Source: Camelus ferus (taxonomy: Eukaryota). From it: a stretch of 64,000 bases of DNA. Position numbers and translations under genes: made by a program. Location of the stretch: positions 25,110,001 through 25,174,000 of the forward strand of contig NC_045711.1 in the NCBI RefSeq assembly GCF_009834535.1. The letters are read 5' to 3'. Below, piece by piece: positions 1 through 11,050 of the stretch. Under the pieces are notes generated by a model, which saw only the letters and a program-made list of their open reading frames with translations, was not told the DNA's origin and did no database searches. The first letter of the stretch is position 1. The number at the start of each line of letters is the position of its first letter.

Positions 1-430
1 AGGAGCGGCACCAGCCTGGTTTGATTTTCGCCTGGGTCCGGACTTCCGGGGTAAGCCGCGCTTAGCCCCGCCCCAGAGGGCGGAAGGGGCGGGGCCGTCG
101 TTGAGCTCTGCGTGCCCGCGCTGCGCGCTTTTAGGCTCTTGGCTCAGGCAGGCGATCGTCTGCACCTGGACGTGGTGATGGATTGCTGCGGGTGCGTCGA
201 AGAGCGCCTCTAGGGCCCTTAGAGGCTCAAAACTGCCGGGGGACGCCCATGTAGGGGACTGTAGAGACTAAAGCACCTCCAGACACCCCTGCATTGAAGG
301 GGCGCAACCCAGGCTCCTCGACCGAGGGACGCTCCCTGGAACGCGTGTGTCGGCTCCCTCTGTTCCGCACGTGGGTCCTTTGACGCTACCTTCTCGTCGG
401 CTTTTCCCAAAAGCCGGACGAATCTGGTAC
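1..430 (-). promoter_or_regulatory. CpG-rich promoter, probably of ARMC7 (gene body lies left of the window)
   Basis: CpG-dense. ETS/GABP motif ACTTCCGG 42-49; GC boxes 65-74 and 86-95. Assignment to ARMC7 rests only on recalled synteny; no ARMC7 coding sequence is in the window. Confidence 0.55.
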
Positions 431-2787
431 CCTCTGCTCCGCTACCCCGAGCAGTCTGCCACCTCTGGCCAGAAATCTCGGGAACTGGGTAATGTCCTAA
501 GGTGTTTTGTCAGCCAGGTGGACAAGGAGCACAACGGGCAGCACTGTCGGGTCCTAGAAGGAGCCCAGGTGTACCGCTTTGGCGGCTTTCTGGGTTGTGG
601 AGCTCCACCCTATGCTGGTCAGGATCTGCTCTATACTCTCTCTAGAGGAATCTCAGGATCAGCTAAGTGTGGGTGCTGGCATCAGAACACCCCATCCTCC
701 CTCATTTGTCCCCTCCTAAGGCTTCAGGGACCCTCATCCTTGAGGAGGAATTCCTAGAACCTAGTTTTGTGCTGAGGGCAGTGACCAGGTCTTATTCCTC
801 CGATTCGTCCCTGGCACACAGTAGATGCTCAATATTTGTTGAACGAATTCTGCCCAAGGATTATTGCCACTCTTGCCTGGAGGGCAGAGAAGGTCAAAGT
901 CCCCCTATGCTGAATGTTTACTGAAATATTTTTTCCTTGAAAGAAACCAGTTTTGGGCAAGTGGGCCTAAAACGGGATGTACAGTGGAAACCCTTGTGGC
1001 TACTAGCACCAAAAGCATTCATCTATCCACTAGCCCGAACTCTCTCCTTTTCCACTCAGTTAAGATGGAGAGGGAGACAAGACCTGGTAAAATGGGTTCA
1101 AGAATTCCCCCTTAGGTACACAAGCTATATAGATGGTGACCAAACACATGACAGGGCTGGGAGCAGTGAGGCAGCAGGGGTCTTCAGATTCAGACTTTTC
1201 AAACTGGAAGAGACTTTAGCTTATCTAGACCAACCTTCCCCTTTTTCAAGACCCAGAGATGGTAAACAATTTGCCCAAAGTCACACAGCAAATTGTGGCA
1301 GAGTCAAGCATGAATTTAGGTCTCTTCCCCAGAGCAGGTGAAGCTCTTTGCTTCACCTCTGTTCTACCTTCTTTGGCCATAAGGGGGCACTCACAGGTCC
1401 TGGAGAAGACAGTACATCCCCAAGGATGCTTACTCATGCCAGTTGGCCATGTGTTAGAGGAAAGCTGGAGTCCAGTCATGAAAATATAATCAATTCTCCT
1501 GATAAAGTTTTCTTGTTGAAGCCTGGTTGAGCTTGAATCAACAAACAAGGTCCTGGGACGGGACAGCCCTGAAGGGGAGCGGGAGGAAACTTACTCCAGA
1601 CCTCTGTTTTCTAGCTTCATTAGTTCAGAGTTTATAGTATGCTGCAGAAAATGTTTTTGTGTGGAGTTCAAACAAACTCTGTTTGCCTGTCCCCTTGGTT
1701 GGTACCCAGCTGGGACAAGCCTGGGCTGATGACAGCCAGCCCTCATGGGATGACCTCAGGGAAGGGACCAGCGAAAAGAGTGTGTGTGGTGGGGAGCTCT
1801 GACTCCCAGGCCAGACGCACGGGCCAACAGGGAGCAGCAATGGCTTGGCAGCTGGCCCAGCCAGCTACTTACCTCAAGGTTGACACCTTGGACACAGTAG
1901 GGAGAAACGGATGCCAGGAGAGGGGAGTGGAAGGGCTTCTGTGGCAAAAGCAGCTCCATTTTCACAGAGGTCCTCGGGCCCTGCCCAGCAGTCTTCCATC
2001 CCCTGGTCAGATGTCTGGCATCCTCCCACCCCAGCACCAATCTTCCCAAGGAGGGAGGAGATGCTGGAGCAGGCCTGCTAAGTGTGCAGGGGCCCCTCAG
2101 ACTTCACTGATTCTGGGACCCAAGCCAGGGGCTCCCCTCCAGTTCTCTGCACAGACACCAGGACGGGTACTCCACCCGACATTTAATCTGTCCCGGGCCT
2201 GCCTCCAGGCTAACCCCTCAGCCTGGCCCTCTACCACCACAGGCCACGACTCATTCTCTCACAAGGCCCTTCTTCCCCAGGTTCCAGTCAGCAGGAGGCT
2301 AGGCAAGGGAAGAAGCGGGTCAGGAGGGACTCAGAGGAGGGTTGAGCTCTTTGGAACTGTCTGGAGGGTGGGGAAGGACAAAGAGATAACATGGGGGGCA
2401 CCCAGGCCAGACCTGAGGGTCCAGTGTGTTGACTGTAGCAGCAGCGGTAGCAGCCAGCCGAGCCAAGCCGGCCATGACAGACCCGAGATGGTCTGAGACC
2501 CACCTTCCAGGGCCCCAGGTACCATGGTACCCAAGGAAAAAAAGTCAGGAGGACCCGCTCCTGGATTCTGCTAGTTGGAAGGAACCCTGAGTCTTTTGAA
2601 GCCAGCCCCTAAGGTCCCAGCTCCCAGCTGAGTCCCAATGGGCAGAGCAGAGCCTCAGGTTCAGGCTTCCTGGGCAGCCCTTCACCCCGGCCCCTGGCGA
2701 AGCAGCCAGATCCCATTCCTGGACGGAGGCAGTCGTCACTGACTTCAGGGCTCAGATGCTGCTCACACTTGTGAGTGACCCCGGGGA

Positions 2788-3035
2788 TCAGACACTGGTC
2801 ACGTACATGATCTCCGTGTGCAGCCGCTTCTCGGAACTGTCTGTGTCTTCCACAGTGAGGGTCCCCTCTGGGGCAGCCTCCGTGACGGCTCCTTCTGCCT
2901 GCACCTGCCGGCTCTGCCTCTCCTTCTTCCTCAGGGCGCAGAAACTGCCACTCATGAAGAGGGCGGCTGAGACAAGGAAGAAGCTTGACATATAGAAAAC
3001 GTAGCTGAAATTGTTGGTGGTGTCCAGGAGGAGTC
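2788..3035 (-). CDS. SLC16A5: SLC16A5 last coding exon ending ...EIMYVTSV*
   Basis: Acceptor gtccctcAG|; GLLLDTTNNFSYVFYM...; TGA at 2788-2790. Confidence 0.9.
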
Positions 3036-6000
3036 CTGAGGGACAGAGAGAAAAGAGAAAATTAGGCCACTGCCCAGGCTACTGGGCCTCCCCTGACTCT
3101 CTGATCCCTGCTAACTTGCATGCTCAGCAAGAGCAGGGGTTTTATTTTTGTCTCTGCTGCATCCCCAGTACTAGGAACTGTGGCTGGCACCTAGTAGGCA
3201 CTCAATAGGTATTTGTTGAATGAAAGGAAACACTAAACCAGCCCTGGTACTGGGCAGGAAGAGTCTTTGGGTCAGAGGGCATTAAAGGGCATGTTTCCTC
3301 TACCCTTGGTGGCAGGAAGCCAAGGACTCAAGGGGCAGTGGAGTCTGGGATATCTGCTCAGCCACGCCCTGGGCCCGTGATACCTCCTCCTGTATAGTTC
3401 TACCCCCTTGCTGGCTTGGAGAACTCCCTTGGAAACTGGGATTTCCAATGCCACACTCAGGAAGGTCTTAATGTAATAACTGTGTTGTCTGTCGACTGCC
3501 CTCCACCCCCACGGGCTTCACAAACCTTCCCCTTTACTCTGAATGTTACACACTCAGTGGCCCAACAAGTCCACTCGTGTGGGTCTCTGCTTCCATATCT
3601 GTTCATTTCCCTCTGGGCACAAATCACCATTATGATCACTAAGGTGCCTCTTTGCTTTAATCTCTTCAATCAAAAGGTAAGCCCTGAGGGGTGGGGACTA
3701 GTTCTCGATTCAGCCACACCCTCCCAGTGACTGGCACAGGTGTATGAATGGTTATGGCAGGTGTCCTTATCTGCATTTTGCAGATGACATGGCTCAGAGA
3801 AGGAAAATGACTTGCCCAGGTCCCACAGGCAGGAAGTGGGTGAACCAGGACGTTAATAACAGCAAACACATTCATAGCTTACCATGTGCCAGGCTCTCTA
3901 CTGAGCTCTTTAATATGACTTGTGATCATCACAACAATCCTATGAGGTAGATTCCATTATCATCCCCACTTTACTGATAAGACAACACAGAGGTATGGAG
4001 AGGGAGACAAAGGTCTTGGGTAAGTCTGGTAGAAAAAGCCTTCTTTTTAACTGTTCGTACCCTGAGTGCCAGTTGGGGAAAAGGGTGAACTCAGTCCCCT
4101 GGGATGCTTGAGAAAATCCGATTCAAGTCTCTAACCCTGGAGATGCTGAATGGGGCCGAAATCTGTCCAGACTGCTCCTATTTGCACCGCCCCTCCCCAC
4201 AAACCCTACCCACCCAGGCCACACCTGGCCGCCCTTTCTTCCCAGGGCCTCACCAGCCAGTGGAGGGGAGATGAGGATGGAGATGCTTTCCAGGATGGTG
4301 AAGAGGCCCAGGGCACTGGGGAACCGATCCATGGGGACAATGTCCATGAGGACCTGGAAGAGGAGGGCACCAATGCCACTCATGGACACGCTGTACACCA
4401 GGCAGTAGCCCACCAGCACCCGGAAGTCGGCCGACACTGTGCACACCAGGTTGGTGAGCCCGTTGAGCAGGGTTGCCAAGCTGAACAGGTACTTGCGGTG
4501 ACTGGCAAAGTCCTGCCGGCCCGCCACCAGCCCAGCCATGGGCCGCAGAAAGATGTTGCTGAAGCCGATGATGGAGATGAGCAGGGCCGCCCTGTGCTCA
4601 TCCACCCCATGCCGCGTGGCATAGGGCACCAGGAAGACATGCGGCAGTGGGAAACCCATGATCATCCACACGACTCCCAGCGTGTACACACGGTAGCCGG
4701 CGTTGTGAAGCAGGATGTCAAAGGCCAGGTGGCGCTGGATGGCCTGACCACAGGCTACCAGAAAGCCACGTGTGGGTCTCTTGGAAGGCGGAGGGAGGTC
4801 TTCTCTGATCTTGGGGGCCACACTGGTGGCCACGGGCCTCAGGATGGCCCCGGGCCTCAGGATGGCCCCGCAGACGCAGCCGTGGAGCAAAACCCCACCG
4901 AAGATGAGGAAGGTGCCCCTCCAGCCGAGGTCCTCCAGGAGGTAACGGGAGAGCAGTGGCCAGAGCATGATGCCCAGGGAGACGCCTGCTGAGGCCAGTG
5001 CATTGGCCAGCACCCGCCAGCGGGTGAAGTACAACCCCATCGCGGTGATGCTCGACTGAAAGCTGAAGCACATGCCCAGGCCTGTGGAAGGAGAGGCGAG
5101 ACCAGCTCCAGGGTGCAGCCAGCACGGGGGTCCTGGGGTCATGTCCCAGGTCTGTCTTCCTTCCATTCTGGCCCAGACCCCAGGTCCCCAGGGATTTAAG
5201 ATGGCATCAGCATGCTTCATCACCTCCCTAGAAGCATCTGTCCTCCTGAGGCTGCCAGGGGCACACCTGTTCCCTCGGCACAGCACTTGGGGATCCTCAA
5301 AAACCTAAATCAGGTTAAGTCTCTCCCCTGCCTAACACCTTCCAAAGATTTCCCATCACATCCAGGTAAAAAAGCCAAAGTATTTACTAAGCCCTGGAAG
5401 ACTCTGCATAGTCTGGCCCCTGGCCACCTCCTGGGTGCCATCTCAGGCCACTCTCCCTGTCACTCACCACAATCAAGCCACATCAGTTTCTCTTCCTCTG
5501 GACACTAAGCTGCCTGCTACCTTGGCATTGCAGTCAGTTGCCGTTCCCTCTGCCTGGAATATGCTTCCTGCAGACTCTCCTTTCTCGACTCAACCCAGAT
5601 GCCACCTCCACACCCACTCTGCACCTGCCCTGCACCCTGTCTGCTCAAAGGCACATCCCTCCAGCAATTCCCCTCTCCTGTAGTCCATTTTCTCCTCTTG
5701 ACTAGATCATTCTCCTTCATTGTTATTTCTCCCATTAAAACAAAACAAAACTTTGTCTGGACCCCAGTCTCTTCTGGGTCCCAGCCCATTTCTCTGCTCC
5801 TCTTCCATCAAAATATCTTGGAAATACTGTTTATCTTCACTGTCTCCAGTTTCCCTCCTCCTGTTCCTTTTTGAACCTATTTCAATCAGACTCATCCTCA
5901 CTGCTGTTCCTGAATTCCTCTTCTCCAGGCTGCCAACCTCCATGTTGTCAAAGCCAAAGACAGAGTCTGGTTCTCCTCGGTCTCATCCATCAGCAGCTTC

Positions 6001-9000
6001 ACACAGTCCATCTCCCCCTCCTCCCAAGGAACCTTCCTCACTTCCTTTCTCAAACCCCACTCTCTTGGTTCTCCTCCTACTCTCTGTTCCTTCTTCCTGC
6101 CCAGGCCACTAAGCACTGGAGCGTCCTGGGCCTCAGGCCTCAGTCCTCTTCAGCCATTCTCCCTCGTTCCCTCAGTGACAGGACAGTACCTCATGTCATC
6201 TCAAGACTCGAATACCAGGCATCTCATGATTCTCCATCAGCCCGCTCCAGCTCAGGGCCTGTTCTCTGAACCCGACTGGATACGTCCAACCCCGAGCTTC
6301 CCATCCCCCTGCATGCCTGCTTCCCTCCTAGTTTCCCCATCGTAGTTAGCGGCTACCCCATTCTTCCAGTGACTCAGGGCAAAAAACCTCGATGTCACCC
6401 TTTTCAGCTCTAGGAAACTTGGGTGGTCCTGGTCTCTTCTCTGCTCCTCATGTGCGATCCCGAACCCAACCACATCTCATCCATCATACCACCCTAGATT
6501 AAGGAACAACCACCTCCCGCCTGGGTGATGACCACACCCCGACCTGTCCTCCAGCTCCTAGCCCAGACCCCCAGGTGTCTTCTCAACACGGCAGCCAGAG
6601 CAGTGCTTCACAAACGGCGGCAGCTGGATAACGCCACTCACCCCTCTGCCTGAACCCCTCAAATGGCTTCCCATCCCACTGCACAACCTTTTAGGAACTA
6701 AACCCCTATCCAGCCTCCCCCTGACCCTTCGGACCCGTTCATGCCCCTCCATCCTATCGGCCGCCTCGCTGCTCCTTGCGCACTTCCGCGCCTTTGCCTT
6801 TGCTGTTCCCACTGCCTGAATGCTCTTCCCCAGAGAGTCTGCTGGCAAACTCCCTCACCTCCATTAGCCTTCTGCCCAAATGTCACCTTCTCGGCAGGGC
6901 CTTCCCTGACCTCCCTGTTGAAAGTAGCAACCTCCCCCAACCCTGCTTTACCCGCTGCACTGGCTGTCCTGGTCATGCTACCTCCTGTTTAATCTCTGCC
7001 CACTCCCGCCCAGAGCCAGGACACTATCACATCAGCTGCCCGGTCTTCTCAGCCCCTTGTCATGATCAGAGATAATCCTTTTTTATATGCTCATTGTTCC
7101 TCGGCCTCATGTGACTGTAAGCAGCCCCTGGAGATTAGGATCTCTGCGTGCTGCCCTGTGCGCTTGTGCCTGGCCCTTTTCAGTCTTGCACCCAGGACTG
7201 ACCCAGTAGTTCTTGAAATGGAATGATAGTCACCTGTGATGAATCCTGCCGTGAGGTAGAGCTGGCTAAGGGTGCGACAGAAGGAGCTGGCCACCATGCC
7301 TAGGCTGGCCAGCGCGCCCCCCAGCATCATCGTCGCTCTGCAGCCAAAGCGTCCCACCAGGATGCTGCACAGGGGTCCTGTGGGGAGGAGGAGCCAGCAG
7401 GTGGCAGTGGAAAGAGAGGGGTCCGAGGGAGGGGAAAGAGGGTTTGGGAGGGGGTTCCAGTAGGAACTAGCAGGTGGCTTAAAGGGCACAAATATTTAAT
7501 TTGACCCTGACAAAGCTCCTCAGAGGTGCAGACTGAGGCCCTTCACTGCACTGACCTGAGGCCTCCTCCATCTGGATGAAGCATGATTGGCTTGTGACCT
7601 ATTTGGGTGGGCGAGGGTCCCACGGCAGCTAAATCACAGTGAGCACCTCCAGGCCCTGCTCCCCGCTCCCCCTCCTCAAGAAGACTGGCCACAGCACTCC
7701 CTCTCCATTGCTCTGGCCTCTTGGGGTGCTCTGGAGAAAAGCAGGTGGGGTACATTCTCCCCTCCCCCATACCCTCCAGCCACCACCGAAGATTTGTACT
7801 CAGATGTCCTGCCCCTGGTGGAGAGGGGTCTGTTCTCCTCCACGGTCCCCATCCCCAAACCTAAGCTGCTTTCTCATCAGTCCAGACCCAGAGTAGAAGC
7901 CAGCCAGTCCCATCCAGCTGCCACACCACACCTCACAGGGCCCCCCTTGCCTAGAGCCCTGCCCCCAAGTACACATAATGAAGTTTCTCCAGAGTCACCC
8001 TCCCAGAGTGGAGCCAAAGGGACAGGGAAAATGTATGTGTGCACAAGGCATGAGTCTGCATGATTGGGTGGAAAGAGGATGTGTAGGTGTGAGCCAGTAA
8101 GAGTATGGGAGTAACAGAGGAAGCGAGGGGCCCATCCTTAGAGTTAATCAGGGAGAGGCAGCTGTAGAGGGAGAGGCAAGGCGTTGAAGTGGACCTGACC
8201 GCTGACCCCGCCTTCATACTTTGGCCTGACTTTGGAAAGGTGACATTGCGGAAAGCCCTGAGTCACTGAGTTGGGGACAGGGCACTGGGACGCAGGGTGC
8301 TACCTGCGCAGGGGCGCTGCTTCTGCCCTGAGATCACCCTACAACCTTGGCAAGGCCTTGCACTTTGTGCTTGGCTTGCTTTCCCCATCGCTAAAATGTG
8401 AGGGGGTGAGGGGTACTTAGGATCAAGGATATTTTCAAGTTTAAAATTTCTGCAATACTCTGAATGAGCATGGGCTAAAGGTATGTGTGTACATGAGACA
8501 GACAGACAGACCGGAGTCCCAGGCCGACTGAGATGCTGGCATGTCTGCTAGGTATGAGTCTAAAGCTGGCTGGGGAGTGGGGTCCACACTAGGTGCCTGG
8601 CTCCTAGCCCCTGGACCAGACCCCTCTCTGGCTGCAGGGAAGGAGCCCTCTGGGATTGCCATTTTTGCCCAAACTTGCAGGCAAAAAAACAAAACAAAAC
8701 GGTTATGTGGTCTGGGCCAGGCCTAGTCTTGCATGTTGCCCTGAGCCTGGGCCCCAACCTGCAGGGGTCGTTCAGGGGTCGTTCCAGCGAGGGTGGCTTC
8801 TATCCCAGTCTGACTTCCCTAGCAATTTGAGGGAAGGACCTGGAATAATAAGCCAGCTGCTGGTGCCAGGTGGAGGGTGGGGCAGGAGGTAGCAGGGTTA
8901 TGGCTCAGCTGAGACAAGCAAACACTATGCGTGGGGCGAGCCCTGCGGGCTATGAGATCTGGCTCCAGTTGACCAGGATCCCCCTTGAGGTCACTGCCTG

Positions 9001-9982
9001 CTGGGTCTCCCTGGAGAGCTCCCAGGAGTGGAGGGCAGACCCCTGAGCCCAAGGTTGTTATGGAGAACACTCTGGGCAGCCCCTGCCCCTCCCTTTTCCC
9101 AGGCTCAGGGTGAGGTGGTCACATTCCTGGAGAGTCAATCAGGAAATGAGGGAGGCCGCCTTCCATCCATCTCCCCACCCCGGCAACACCTCCTCTGATT
9201 CCTGATGAGAGACGGGATTCTTGCCCTGCCCTTATCTTGCACCCAGTGTCTTCCTTGAGCCCCCCATTCCTGTCCTGAAACCCTGGAGATGAGGGTGTCC
9301 CAAACACTAATTCAGAGCTGCTTACAGTGCCCTAGCTCTCAGACCCTGCCAGGATCTGCAACCCCATGTGGGAGGTGAGCAGGATGGGATGCTGAGTGTT
9401 ACCCTCATATTGCAGAGGAAAACACTCAGGTGCAGAGAGATCACCCAGCTGGACCCCAAGCCACTCCTCCTCCAGTCTGTGCTGAGTGCTTGGCACTACC
9501 ACCGTCGGGATCCATCCTCCCGCGGTACTCAAGAGGACCAGCTTTACATCTCAGGGGCCTCCCCACCCTGGGCCCCTCCCCAGTTCATCCCAGCCCAGCC
9601 CAGCGGGATTCCAGGCAGGGGGACTGGCCCTGCTGAAATCAGATGAAATCTTAGGAATTCACTGGACAAGGAGGAACCAGTGGCCTCAGAGAGAGAGACC
9701 CAGGAGGCCAGGGAGGTTGTGGCTTCCTCTCCCACCCCAGGCTCCTTCTCACCCCTCCCAGGGTCACTCCCCAGGTTGCTCACCCCCTGCATGGAGCATG
9801 GCTGTCTGGATGGAGGGGAACCAGGAGGTCTCGCTGTTGCTGGCCTGGAACTCATGCTGCAGTTCGGTGAAGAAGATGCCGATGCACGTGGGGAAGCCCA
9901 GGGTGAGGCCCTGGGCCACCAGGCAGGCCAGTAGCACCACCCAGGACCAGCAGCCCTCCGCACGCTCCAGGGCCTGCGGCAT
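2788..9982 (-). CDS. SLC16A5: Monocarboxylate transporter 6 (MCT6), spliced CDS, 472 aa
   Basis: join(9982-9784, 7377-7234, 5081-4254, 3035-2788) = 199+144+828+248 = 1419 nt. All introns GT-AG, frame closes at TGA. Protein MPQALERAEGCWSWVVLLA...GLGMCFSFQSSIT...GLLLDTTNNFSYVFYMSSFF matches MCT6 as recalled. Confidence 0.96.
4254..5081 (-). CDS. SLC16A5: SLC16A5 coding exon 3 (828 nt)
   Basis: GLGMCFSFQ...ISPPLAG. Acceptor cttccacAG|, donor |GTGAGG. Contains an 18-bp tandem duplication. Confidence 0.95.
5290..7125 (+). mobile_element. Fragmented L2 LINE remnants in SLC16A5 intron (shorter L2 3' ends also at about 800-846 and 3130-3225)
   Basis: Pyrimidine-rich L2 motifs such as ccctctgcctggaatatgcttcc and aggcatctca; 3'-end motif gctcaatatttgttgaacgaat. 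Boundaries approximate. Confidence 0.65.
7234..7377 (-). CDS. SLC16A5: SLC16A5 coding exon 2 (144 nt)
   Basis: GPLCSILVGRFGCRATMMLGG...LTAGFITG. Acceptor ccccacAG|, donor |GTGACT. Confidence 0.95.
9784..9982 (-). CDS. SLC16A5: SLC16A5 coding exon 1 (ATG at 9982; exon extends 5' as UTR to acceptor at 10048)
   Basis: MPQALERAEG...AMLHAG. Donor G|GTGAGC; acceptor ttcctcAG| at 10049-10050. An in-frame TAG at 9989-9991 precedes the ATG. Confidence 0.95.
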
Positions 9983-10749
9983 CCTTGGCTACAAATGCTG
10001 CTGCCACAGCCTCACCGCCACCGCCACTGCCACTGCTGCCTGGGCCACCTGAGGAAGGGACGGAATGGAGCTGCCAGCGCTCCCCTGGCCCACCTGCCAC
10101 CTTCCCTGGGCGGCTGAAACCGTCCCTTCCTCTTGCCCCAGCACCAGGTATCACAGAGGGGCACCGCCCCCTGGGAGGTGGCCACATGCCCATGCATTGG
10201 CCTTGGCATCTCCTTTCACCTACTTTCCAGATCAAGTCTGGCAGGAGGGACAGGAGGGGCAGGCAGGTGAGTGGAATTCTTTCCAGTTGTTACATCACTT
10301 AGTGGTCAGCAGATGGGACTTCCTAGCCACCCCCCAACCACCACCGCACACAGCAAGAACTCAATAATTGCTTGTAGAATGGAGGAGACCTCTAGAGCCA
10401 GCATAGTCCCAATGCCCCTAGAAGCACACTCATACATTTTCAAATATTCATAACTAGGCTTCCTGCTCACAAAGATGGGCTTTCGCAATGTTACATTTAA
10501 CAGCCAGCTTCACTGTCAGTGCTGTCGTGAAGGCCACGGTGAGTGAGCTGGTGCTGGTGCAGCCAAGGAGGGTACACAGAACACTAAACCAGGGCAGCAC
10601 ACCAGCAGCTTTCAAGGAGAAGGCACAGGTTTCATCCAAAGGCCCCCTGACATCACCCTACAGTGCTCCTTTCCCAAGGGGCTCACGGCCAAGAGGCAGG
10701 TTCCACAATCAGGCTGAATAATGATCTACCACCTGCAAGGGCTTCTCAC

Positions 10750-11050
10750 ACACATACAAACCACACACACACACACACACATAGTCACACATGAATGTAT
10801 AGCAAGATACACACTCACACAGACAAGTGCAGACACATACACAGATGTGTTCTTGCAGACACACCCAGAACCACCCAGGCACATGTGCAGACACACACAG
10901 TCATACTTTGACACGTATGGACATACAGACACACACTTACACACTCAGACAAGCCCAGAGACATACAAACAAATGCACACAGACACATGCTACACAGACA
11001 TACGGACACATACAAACACACAGGGTCACACACTGTGTAGACACACACAC
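10750..11050. repeat. Degenerate (CA)n-rich low-complexity tract in an SLC16A5 5' intron
   Basis: About 300 bp dominated by cacaca/cagacacac/catacac units. Confidence 0.85.

Noticed and set aside
1639-2496. 285-aa plus-strand ORF
   Set aside because: Overlaps the SLC16A5 3' region in antisense. Composition is Pro/Gly/Ser-rich with no domain, as expected by chance in GC-rich DNA.
4150-4992. 280-aa plus-strand ORF
   Set aside because: Antisense shadow of the GC-rich SLC16A5 exon 3; no recognisable protein features.
9983-10048. Possible N-terminal extension of SLC16A5 or an in-frame TRIM80-SLC16A5 fusion protein
   Set aside because: An in-frame TAG at 9989-9991 lies two codons before the ATG.
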